A stretch of DNA of 63,897 nucleotides, filler included, from Hyphochytrium catenoides (taxonomy: Eukaryota > Protista > Hyphochytriomycota): assembly GCA_900088475.1 (NCBI GenBank). It is 7 parts of 7 records of this genome, joined end to end, with 100 filler letters (N's around TTAATTAATTAA, not from the genome) between each part and the next. Parts side by side here need not be neighbours in the genome. Positions count along the whole stretch, not along the records: positions 1 to 30,824 come from FLMG01000660.1; 6 more parts are not named here. One strand, given 5' to 3'. Shown piece by piece: positions 12,200-22,539 of this stretch. The stretch's first letter is position 1. Each line of letters begins with the position of its first letter. The notes beneath the pieces are model-generated. The model was not told where the DNA came from and did no database searches. It saw only the letters and a program-made list of their open reading frames with translations. The translations under genes were made by a program, and so were the position numbers.

Positions 12200-12485
12200 A
12201 CAGGAGGAAGCTAGTAATGAGGAAGTGAACAACCCCAGATAAGTCTGCTAAACCAGTGGAGGAAGAGATTGAGAGTGATGAAGGGTGCACATGTGAGAAT
12301 ACAGCTGCTGATGCTATCACTCCGGAGGAACTGGGTGTAGGGCGCTCTAGCAGATTATCGTTGGAAATCATACTGAGCCCAAAACACAGCGATAATGTGG
12401 GGGGAGAATAGATAAACTTTCGGACATTCTGGGAATCGAACCACAGACCTCCAGGTGACCACTTTGGCGTGGTGCCACTAGGATA

Positions 12486-12886
12486 TCAATACAGCAGGCA
12501 AGCCTGAGGGCTCGCCATTTTAGATAGGGGTAATCCAGCCTTGATCGGCAGGATTATTTGTATGAGTACACCGTACTTTACTTGCTCAAGCAGCATTAGA
12601 TCATAGTACTCCGTTATTTATTAGCATCTTAGCAAAATGAGATTTGATGAATAATAACAGAGTATATTTGTTTTTTGTTTGGAATAGTAACCGGGTAAAT
12701 TTGTTTCATAGCAATAGCCGGTAGGTCTAATAACAGCTATATAAATACAGCTACAACACGGAGGAGTTGAAGTGGATTTGGTTCCTAGTATAAAAATGTG
12801 TAATTGGCGAGCCCGAAGGGCGAAGCTTTTTTGTTTAGGTTTTTGCGTCAGGCGGTGCAGAATTTTTTTCCGATTTGTTCGTCCGC

Positions 12887-12932
<46 letters not shown>

Positions 12933-14158
12933 TCACAGGTAGTAAATCGTACCCCCGGACCAGCACAATTCTGAGGTTGACGTTAATTCATGATTTGTTT
13001 CCAATCACCATTTCGATAAGCATTCTCTGTTCGAATAAACGTAAGTGCTTACGTAAATAGGAACATGAAAGGGGGGGTAAAAAGAAGCCAAAAGGACTTT
13101 GAAAACAAACGCAAACGTCGTTAATTCTGTGATTGGTCAGTTTTTGTAATCACCAAATAATCAATTTATCGAAAGCATATTGTTCGTCTTGGGTTCATTA
13201 TTCATTATCAAAACATGCCAAAAGGGTGAATATGTTGCACGAAAGGGGACAGGTTTCGGTACTGTATAGTCCAATCGTATTGTAGCTCTTTTTGACACTG
13301 TACTCTGTAGTCGTTGTTCCGCTTTTCCCTATCCCCATTACTATACTGAGGAACCAAATCCACTCCAACTCCTCCCTGTTGTAGTTGTATCTATATAGCT
13401 GTTATTCGACCTACCGGCTATTGTAATAAAACAAATTTACCCGGTTACTATTCCAAATAAGAAACAAATATACTCGGTTATTATTCATCAAATCTCAATT
13501 TGCTAAGATGCTTCGTAATAATAACGGAGTACTATGATTAATCCTGCTTGAGCAAGTAAAGTACGGTGTACTCGTACAATAATCCTGCCGGTCAAGGCTG
13601 GATTACCCCTATCTAAAAGGGCGAGCCCTCAGGCTTGCCTGCTGTATTGATAGGGAAAAGCGGAACAACGACTACAGAGTACAGCGTCAAAAAGAACTAG
13701 AGTACGATTGGACTATACAGTACCGAAACCTGCCCTCTTTCGTGCAGCATATTCACCCTTTGGCTTGTTTCGAGAATGAAGTAATGATCCCAAAGACAAA
13801 CAATATGCTTTCGATGAATTGATTATTTGGTGATTACAAAAACTGACCAACCACAGAATAAACGACGTTTGCATTTGTTTTCAAAGTCCTTTTGGCTTCT
13901 TTTCACCCCCCTTTCTTTATTTACGGAGGCACTTACATTTATTCGAACCAAGAATGCTTATCTAAATGGCGATCGGAAACAAATCATGAATTAACGTCAA
14001 CCCCAGACTTGTGCTGGTCCGGGGGTACGATTTACTACCTGTGAACAGACAGACAGACAGACAGACAGACAGACGCGGACGAACAAATCGGAAAAAAATT
14101 CTGCACCGCCTGACGCAAAAACCTAAACAAAAAAGCTTCGCCCTTCGGGCTCGCCAGT
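12486..14158 (-). mobile_element. Element E, outer copy (~0.82 kb plus nested copy)
   Basis: Halves ~13651-14158 and 12486-~12800 match the inner copy in reverse; TA on both flanks. Confidence 0.82.
12803..13650 (+). mobile_element. Element E, inner copy (Helentron/DINE-1-like non-autonomous element; class uncertain)
   Basis: 5' GGCGAGCCCGAAGGGC hairpin, (GTCT)n at ~12887-12931, 3' GGCGAGCCCTCAGGCTTGCC hairpin, TA flanks, no ORF. Confidence 0.8.
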
Positions 14159-14495
14159 TACACCAAATGCCCAATGAGACACTGTTACCTTTCCCCTATA
14201 CATCAGGGGTATTATGACTGGTACCGCCCTTGCTTTCGATATTGTGCCCAGCCCATAGTACATAGCCATTACCATATCGGACGAACTGTTTGAAATCGCA
14301 GTTCTCAACACGGCCCCTAAATCTAGAGGTTTCCAACGGTAATCTCTAGATTCACTTGCAGAACTGTGATAATCGTATAGAAATGTGATAATCGTACACG
14401 ATGGAATCACTACAGAATGTCCACCATGTTGGAAATCATACTGAGCCTAAAACCTAGTGATAATGGGCTTTGCAGGTAGACAGACGATCGCTAAA

Positions 14496-14817
14496 TGTTG
14501 GAGTCTGAGGGCACAGCTATGTGGACTACAAGCTGGCAAGCTTAACTACCCAAGTTTCAGCTCTAAACTCCCAGTAGAAGCCGAGATATCAACCAAACGA
14601 AATGTCCCTGTTTATATCTATGGCTTATGGTCATTACCCAGGAATACCTTCAGGACTACCTATTCCAGATAGGGATACCTCTATAACTCCATATCTTAGG
14701 GTTTATTAGATATAGTTGGCATAGTCAGAATAGCTCTAGTTTATGGGACCCCAATTGGGCTTGTAAGTAGAGCACTCTCATCTAATGACATTGTCTAATC
14801 ATCGTACAAATCTAACA
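14496..14817 (+). mobile_element. Solo LTR family A
   Basis: TG...CA; flanked by a direct repeat CGCTAAA. Confidence 0.9.
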
Positions 14818-16606
14818 CGCTAAATAGGGCGAGAATTGCAAAGCCGCGAATTGTTCATATATATCGGCTAACGGTGAGGAAATCAAGGACAATTTTACTC
14901 CTGCTTCCTGATTCTTTCCATCTGTCTTGACACGCTCTGTAAGAAGAGTAAGGTTCTTACGAAGCGAGTGCACAAGAGTAAGCGAAGGTTCTTGCTAGTA
15001 AGAGGTTGTAGAATATCTTCTAAGGTCAAATGGTGTGACACTGTTGTTGATGTCATTGAAAATAGTGGAGTGAACAGTGAAGGATAACGGTAACCTCACT
15101 GTCCCTATACCTAAGAGTCCTACTCATGGTACCTACTTCATACTTCATAGAGAGTTATTAGGAATAAGAAGATTATGATAGAAGCACGAAGATAAAGGAG
15201 GAGAAGAGAAGAACTACGAATGTGGTCAAATCTGTACAAGTTCACTGGCCTAGAGTGCCTCTGAGGCACGTGTAAGTGCCAGCGTGGTCATACGATGAGG
15301 CTTTGTGGCATAAATCTTGTGACACCTATACTGGCTGGGAGTCAATGCCTGTCAGCTTGCCCCATTGATCATCGCAACCCAAGTGTGAGAGTCCCACAGG
15401 TCCCAACACTCTGCACATTCTTCAAGAAGAAAATCTCAATCTGCTGAAAGCGCTGCTTCTTTTGCTTCTTCAAGATATTTACAAATTTGTTGGCTACCGC
15501 CCTGGTGGTCGTGCCTTTCTGCTGCTTGTCGGGACCATCTTGATCACCCCTGCTGGAACAGCTGTGCTGCTGCTGCCTGAATTCAACATGATGACATCTT
15601 TCCTTAATTTGCAATTAAAGGTCCAGAGCTTCATCCTCGGCGAAATTGTTACAAGTGACGAAATTATGGAGGTTCTCTTAGACATCAGATGCCCGGTTGA
15701 CGACCGCTAACCCGAAGAGGTAGTTAGCCATGTTAGAAAGCTCTGGCGCTCACGAATTAGGAGCCCAGCATCAAGACGGTACCTTCAAAGGAGGTCTGAG
15801 CTCCTTAGAAGTTGTGGCTCAACCTACCAGAATCAGCCTCAGATGACATCGAGTTTGTTGTTAGAGAGATGTACCGAAGAAGGAGGAAATAAAAGGAGGA
15901 ATTAAGGTTGCGGGTTGCTGTACCGATATTTTGCCATGGCAAAGGCCCCCAAGTGGGTCGTATTCTGAACGCCTGTATCTATTTTATCTTCTCCTGTGTT
16001 CTTGCTATGGTAAGGTACATACTACCACCATAGATAAGCTTCTTCTGAGCTTGCCTCATAAGATTTGTCCCTACTCATACCTTCTGCTGCTTGTATGCGT
16101 GCTCAGGTAGTGGTATGGATGAAGCTGCGGAGGACAACATAAGCTACAATAAGACCCCCTGATCCCCTGACTCCTAACGAAGAGGCAAGAGTGGAGAAAG
16201 AGGCAAAAGAAAAGGAAAGGGACAGACAGTCGTAAAGCTGGATTGCTTTTACAGGAATGCGAAGGCCTCGAGGTTGTAAGCCAAACAGCTAATAAGCCCA
16301 AGCAGATCAGACTGGCTCTTGGATACGATCCCAGTGATGACGAGGATCTACCAACCGATGGGGAGGTGTCAGCGGTGATGTAAACGCGCTCACTCTCAAA
16401 CAGCCCTTCAACTTGGCTACAAGTGAAGGACAGCAGATCCTCTTCAAGTTTTTGTCTCTATTGGTTGCGGAGGTATGACGGATCGCTCAACTCTCTCATA
16501 CTGCCGACGGTTAGCTAAACTGTTCTGAATGCATACCAAGAAGGGTCTCACTTTAGCTGGGGTCTTGTGAATAGATGTGTGATAGAAGCCATTAGGGAGT
16601 ACAACA

Positions 16607-16930
16607 TGTTGGATTTGTATGGGTTGATTGGACAATGTCATTAGATGAGAGTGCTCTACTCATAAGCCCAAGTGGGGTCCCATAATCTAGAGCTATTCTG
16701 ACTATGCCAACTATTCCTAAGAAACCCTAAGATATTCAGTCATAGAGAAATCCCTGTCTAGAACAGTCAGTCCTGAAGGTATTCCGGGGTACTGACCATA
16801 AGCCATAGATATAAACGGGGGCATTTCGTTTGCTTCATATCTCGGCTTCTTCTGGGAGTTTAGAGCTGAAACTTGGGTAGTTAAGCTTGCCAGTTTGTAG
16901 TCCACATAGCTGTGCCCTCAGACTCCAACA
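16607..16930 (-). mobile_element. Solo LTR family A
   Basis: 5-bp TSD CAACA. Confidence 0.92.
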
Positions 16931-17599
16931 CAACAAAGAGGTGCAAGAGGAGTCCAGACGAAGCGCAAACCAGTGAAGATGTCTGAGGTAAATGAGGACA
17001 GTCTCGAGAGCGCCAAGGCAACTGCCAAACAAGTCTGGCTTTGTGGTTTGGCGGAAGACAAAATGGTACAAGGCACCTCCTCTTACATACAAAGAGGAGG
17101 ATACGAAGCACTCCAAAGCAGCACGTAAGGACTGGGAACATTATCATGAGTTCCTGGTTGGGAGTTGGATGACGAAGCCTACAAGTACCACCAGGGAGCC
17201 TTCTCCTAGGTCCAACATGGTGACTTCCCAGGATAAAAATCAGAAACTAATGACCTGCTGGTGGCGTCACTTCCTAGGGTCGTGAAGTCAGGGCAAACAA
17301 CAGCAAATATAGAGCGGCAGAGGAGGGCTTGAAGGAGCTCTTAGAATTCTTGGACTCTGATCGTGAGGATAGCAGGGCCGCCCGGGATGCAGAGCTAGAG
17401 CTTAAGCGAGAAGAACTCAGGTTGAAAGTGGGGGAGCCTAACAACAGCTAGAGCTTCAACAACGAAATGTCAACCTTATGGCCTTCACCCAGGCGCTACC
17501 GCTGATACTTAGAGGTCGAACGATGAAAGAGCACCGCCCCCCGCGTCCAACATAGATGAGTTGAAGACACGTTACCACATCCAGTAGCCTGTAGCTCTG

Positions 17600-19380
17600 T
17601 AATGAGCGGATTCTCTTCATGCTTTACCCTAGCTGCCCTACCCTATAGATGAATTTCTGAAGGGCCACGCATTTTTGAACTCTTTTCAGACCATTTTCCA
17701 AAGTCTGGCTTTACAGTACTTAACCGACCTCGTGCTGCGGACCACTTGCAAAGATCCCCAATGACGTTCTCTACGATAACACGCTTTCTTTCAATACTTG
17801 AGTTGAAGGCAGCGCTGTTACTGCTGATATCCTCCCTTGCTGCACCCGTTAATCCCTTGACAGCCTTCCAAACCGTAGACATTCTTAGAGGAGTAACAAA
17901 TAAGGGATCGCCGTTCAAACCCTTGTCAGTTCCAAGCAGAGGTCTCTTCCAGTTTTACTTTGCGCGACGCTTGATACTAAAAGATTGCGACAAGGTCTGA
18001 GCATCTTCCCAACACGGCGTGCACTTCATATATCCACTTTCTCCCATCGGAGGAAACAATGACTGCTAGTTTGACTGCGTGAGCCTTGATATATCCCGAG
18101 TAGAATAAGGATATGTCCCTGTCCATCGGCTGGGGAACCAAATGATAGGTGCAGTCAACCCAGCCAGAAATAGGAAATCTCTTTGAGCACAAGTCATAGC
18201 TTCGATAGAAAAGTCGGCGTTATAGGCTAGCTTCTAAAGGGTTGGCTTAAATAACAAGAAGTCACCTCTAAGGCTCTCGAAAAGAATGTCTTCCATCTTG
18301 GCACAGCAGCAAGGTGACTGAAGGAAAACCCGTCAACGCCTGGATTGCTCTCGTTGACGTATGGTGGTTTAGGCGAATAAACGTGACCACGAGTAACACA
18401 GTTTGTAAGGAACGGCAGTTAAAAGTATGCAGCATCGTCCTATTCTGCTATTCTGGATTTCTGTCCTCTTCCGTACGTGGGAACGTTGTCAACATTCTTG
18501 AGCGTACCATGCAGTATCAGTGATAAAACTCTCCTATATCAACCCGGGCAAGGTATCTAGATGATGAGATGATGAGCAGATTGATTAGCGAAGAGCAGAC
18601 GAGGCGCCCAAGCAACAAAAAGCAGCAGCTGCACAACAGCAATGGGCTCGCATTGACCTAATATGGGTAACGGGTATAAGATCCATTGAGCGTAGAAATG
18701 GATCTGCTAAGAGATGTCGGTGTTGGAGTCTGCTTGAGGCCACAGCTGTGTGGACTACAAGCTGGCAAGCTTAACTACCCAAGTTTCAGCTCCAAGCTCC
18801 CAGTAGAAGCCGAGATATGAAGCAAACAAAATGTCCCTGTTTATATCTATGACTTATGGTCAGTACCCCGGAATACCTTCAGGACTGGCTGTTCTAGAGA
18901 GGGGTCTCTCTATTACTGAATATCTTAGGGTTTATTCGGAATAGTTGGCATAGTCAGATAGCTCTAGATTATGGGACCCCAGTTGGGCTTATGAGTAGAG
19001 CACTCTCATCTAATGACATTGTCCAAACATCCCATATAATCTAACAGTCGCAACGTTCCTTTCCTTCTAGATCCTCTTTCTCCTCTACTTATGGATAATG
19101 ATATCGCCATAAGGAAGTCATTGCAGTCCATACCATCCCTATCATTGATCTCAGCCAATCGGTGGATGACAACATGAGCAGCTACTCGAGGAGAGTGATA
19201 ATCCTCCCGATCCTCAAGTTTAACCACTAGCGCCACTAACTGTTTGATACACTCTCTTCCCAAAAAAAGATATCACTTTCTCATCTGTAGTGTCATTGTT
19301 ATCTGCTTCGCTATCGAGGCAGGTGGCGCCAACAAGTGCAAAGGCCAAGATGATGGCAGACAGCCAGGTCTCCTTCATTG
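17600..19380 (-). pseudogene. DDE_Tnp_4 transposase, decayed and interrupted
   Basis: WVDCTYH..FYSGYIKAHAVK and FNSSIERKRVIVENVIGDLCKW; N-terminus homologous to the 1337 ORF. Confidence 0.85.
18721..19046 (+). mobile_element. Solo LTR family A
   Basis: TSD GTCGG/GTCGC; lies inside the transposase. Confidence 0.9.
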
Positions 19381-20147
19381 TCCTGCTCTCTCATGGGCTT
19401 GGTTAGCTCCACCTCCAGCGATATGAAATGTGTTCTGCTGGGCAGAGTCAGAGGTCAGAGAGGGAAGCGCGAACAACAAGGAAAGAAGAATAGACGACAG
19501 CAAAGAACTATGGAAGAAGCGACGGAGGAAGAAGAAAATACCCGCGCGATTTTTTATTTCCAGCTTCTGAGAAGCAGCTCCTGGAGAGAGAGTATCTGAA
19601 TGACAGCAATACGCATTGATATAAACGTCTATTCGGTTTCCAGATTCAGACTGTCCACAGATTGAGAGGCGGGGATATGGGAAAAGACGATTTTCAAACA
19701 CAAATTGTCCGACTCGTGGGGGTTTTAGGATTGTCTGTCTACCAGCACAAGGCCGCTGACAGTCTATAGTCCCGTTAGCGGCTCGAAAGTTGGATTGTCC
19801 TTGAATTGTCTGTCTACCCGCACAACCCTAATGTTGGGGGAGGAATAAAAAAACCTGCGCGGGTAGCAGGGCAGTGCGGCATTTGCCGGAGAAAGGGACA
19901 TAACAGCGCAGGCTGTTTTGAACTTGCCGAGAACGCTCCTCGCAGGCCAGCTGGCTTGAAGTCTTGCGTCCACTTGGGCAAGTTGCCATTGGTACAGGAG
20001 TCCAGTAAAGGCAAAACTCAGCAACTTAGTGCGCTCTTAGCTGCTCTTCTACCCTCCACTTCTTCTTCACTAGGAGATCTACCAGTTGACAATATTGAAT
20101 TGGGATTAGCCAATCGATATGCAAAATCTTCTGTCGACTCTAGTAAA

Positions 20148-20438
20148 TGATAAATGTATGGGATTCGGAGACAATTATATTATGAGTTCCTGCTCGGTTT
20201 ATAAGCCAGAAATGTAGTCTCTAGATTGTGGGACCCTATTGGTTTTAGGATCCGGAATACTGCTGATTCCTAATAGAGAGTACCTGTTTTCCCCTAGTAT
20301 TAAGCCATAGATAACATTAGAGTCCACTTCTTCCTTCATATCTCTGTTTCTACTTGGAGTTTGAGGTTGTAACTTGGACGGTTGGTCTGGTACATCTTAG
20401 TCCTATAAAATAAGACTCAGATAGTCCATACGTCAACA
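20148..20438 (-). mobile_element. Solo LTR family B
   Basis: Reverse homolog of 8332-8627; TSD GTAAA/GTGAA. Confidence 0.88.
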
Positions 20439-21128
20439 GTGAATCCCTTACCCTAGCTTCTATCCAGCAGGCTGCAGCGAAGGCAGAAGAAATGGTTGCT
20501 AAACAGCGGATGCTCCAGTCACATTATTACTGGAGATCAATCACTCTTTCCCTCTTTCGTACCTGTTGACCCTCTTCCTCTCTTTACCTCTGGCAACCGG
20601 CCAGGTTGCCGTGGGAAAGAAAGCATACTTATCCCTGCTGACAATAAAGCTACCACTACTCCTCTCTAGCTGCCGAGTGTGCATTAATCCTCCTCATGCA
20701 CCAGGCTTTCCCAAGCATCTTCTCTCTATTGGGCAATACATCCAAGAACTCTCCAGATGAAGCAGTGTTATTTACCTCAAATGGAGCTCCAACGAACAAT
20801 CCGGGCAAGATCAGCTGACATCAAGATCAAGTATCAAGATCCAAATCGGAACTTGGAAGACCACCCATCCCTGGACCCGAGGAACAACCAGCTTCAAGGT
20901 GAACTTTAACTGAGACTTATCTTCAAGTTGAACTTCAACTTAGACAACTTCAAGTTGAACTTCATCTTGTGCGACTTCAAATTCACCTTAGGCTGTTGTG
21001 TGATGCAATGCTCGTTGTCAGTAATCACTCTCTATACACACCTAGCTCTCAGGGGCATAGTCGTTCCCGGTATAAACTGTGTTATGGGTGAAGAGAGATG
21101 CGAGGAGAATTCCCTGATCTCAAGAATG

Positions 21129-21452
21129 TGTTGGATTTGTATGGGATGATTGGACAATGTCATTAGCTGAGAGTGCTCTACTTATAAGCCCAACTGGGGT
21201 CCCATAATCTAGAGCTATCTGACTATGCCACTATTCCGAATAAACCCTAAGATATCCTGTCATAGAGAAGTCCCTGTCTAGAACAGTCAGTCTTGAAGGT
21301 ATTCCGGGGTGATGACCATAAGCTATAGATATAAACAGGGACATTTCGCTTGCTTCATATCTCGGCTTCTACTGAGAGTTTGGAGCTGAAACTTGGGTTA
21401 GTTAAGCTTGCCAGCTTGTAGTCCACTATAGCTGTGCCCTCAGACTCCAACA
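21129..21452 (-). mobile_element. Solo LTR family A
   Basis: 5-bp TSD GAATG. Confidence 0.92.
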
Positions 21453-21710
21453 GAATGAGCAAAGGACTTTGTTAGGAAGAGGATGGGACGAGGCGCGGAT
21501 TGATCAGCAGAGCACCAAGAGAGACATTCATAGTCATTTCACAGATTATTCATCAGCAAGTCCCTTTGTTATCGATTCATCTACACGTCATCAACATGTA
21601 CCTCTGCTAAATGTTGAACTGTGATTGACGCTGAAGCCAAAAAGTGTACAGCGGACGACGCAGAGGGGAAGAACCCCTGGTATAAAAACAAAACCGAGAT
21701 TAGTTAAAGT

Positions 21711-21791
21711 GTACGTTTGGTGTACGGTGCATACTGGTTAGGGTGTCGGCATCAAAGACAGAGGTCCTGGGTTCGAATCCCGGAGCGTAGA
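21711..21791 (+). ncRNA. tRNA-like RNA in the 5' LTR of TRIM1
   Basis: Acceptor, D and T arms; TATAAAAA at about -30; TTTT downstream. Confidence 0.78.
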
Positions 21792-22087
21792 AAACTTTTC
21801 TCCGGTATATCCAGACATCCCCCAATATTAGTTCAAAGTGCTCACCATCCAATGATAAAATCTAACATGGTGTACGCTCAGAGCGATTCAACTCGGGCAA
21901 TATATTGAGTAATTCGGTTCTGTGACCACGGATGACCATCACAGTTCCATTTGAATCTAGAGCTTACAGAGTTCTCTAGTTTCCGGGGGAGTGTTGAACT
22001 GTGATCGACGCTGAAACCAAAAAGTGTGCAGCGGACGACGCAGAGGGAAAAACCCTGGTTATAAACAAAACCGAGATTAGTTATGGT

Positions 22088-22166
22088 GTACGTTTGGTAT
22101 GGTGCATACTGGTTAGGGTGTCGGCATCAAAGACAGAGGTCCTGGGTTCGAATCCCGGAGCGTACA
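22088..22166 (+). ncRNA. tRNA-like RNA in the 3' LTR of TRIM1
   Basis: GTACGTT...CTGGG-TTCGAAT-CCCGG-AGCGTAC-A followed by AAACTTTT. Confidence 0.78.
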
Positions 22167-22539
22167 AAACTTTTCTCCGGTATATCCAGACATCCCCCAA
22201 TATTAATACAAAGTGCTCACCATCCAATGATAAAATCTAACACTAAATTTCATCATAGGCAACTTCAACTTCAACTCTAAGTAACTTTCGGACAAGACAG
22301 ACCCCCACCCGATAACAGAAGGGATTGAAAATTTTCGAAGGTTCCAAATTTTCAGCCCAATTATTGCCGGAATATTTACAAAATGTTCAAAGATAATTGC
22401 AAGCAAATTTTGAACTTATCGATAATCTCGGCATAGTTATTGGGGCTTTTCAAAGTTTGGAGAAAAGTTGAAGGTGAAGCTGTACCGAATATAGGGAAGG
22501 GGAAGAGGCAAGGGCAGAACCCCCCATCTCTGCGCCATG

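Larger units (their letters stand above)
12421..14172 (-). ncRNA. tRNA-like sequence of TRIM2 LTR, split (14172-14159 joined to 12485-12421)
   Basis: GGGCATT-TGGTGTA ... AGGTC-TGTGGTTCGATTCCCAG-AATGTCC-G; the 7-bp acceptor stem re-forms when the 12486-14158 insert is removed. Confidence 0.72.
12359..14468 (-). mobile_element. tRNA-TRIM family 2 (5' LTR truncated, 3' LTR interrupted)
   Basis: 5' LTR remnant 14427-14468, PBS TGGTGGACATTCTG 14413-14426, internal region homologous to TRIM1, PPT-like AGGGG, 3' LTR TGTTGAG from 14310 to 12359. Confidence 0.8.
15905..19828 (-). mobile_element. PIF/Harbinger-ISL2EU-type DNA transposon copy 2
   Basis: Imperfect TIRs AGGTTGCGGGT / GGGTTGTGCGGGT with TTA/TAA flanks. 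Transposase on the minus strand, partner gene on the plus strand (~16000-17580); two family A LTR insertions. Confidence 0.72.
15240..20550 (+). pseudogene. Possible Mutator/MULE transposase C-terminal remnant, split by later insertions
   Basis: SWIM-like GTCKC...LCG at ~15266 and CCHC knuckle CGICRRKGHNSAGC at ~19875, on either side of Harbinger copy 2. Confidence 0.35.
21612..22242 (+). mobile_element. Complete TRIM (family 1) with tRNA-like unit in each LTR
   Basis: LTRs 21612-21867 and 21992-22242 (TG..CA), PBS at 21868, PPT GGGGGAG 21985-21991, 124-bp non-coding interior, TSD CTAAA. Confidence 0.95.
20994..22255 (+). mobile_element. Solo LTR family C hosting two insertions
   Basis: TGTTG...CATCA with TSD TAGGC (20989-20993 and 22256-22260). 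Confidence 0.85.

Noticed and set aside
12486-14158. Single foldback palindrome or assembly artefact
   Set aside because: The order is X-Y-X'-Y' rather than X-Y-Y'-X', and the copies differ by many substitutions; nesting explains it.
21711-22166. Ordinary host tRNA-Pro genes or independent SINE insertions
   Set aside because: No canonical 7-nt anticodon loop, and the unit sits at the same position in every LTR copy with no tail or TSD of its own.
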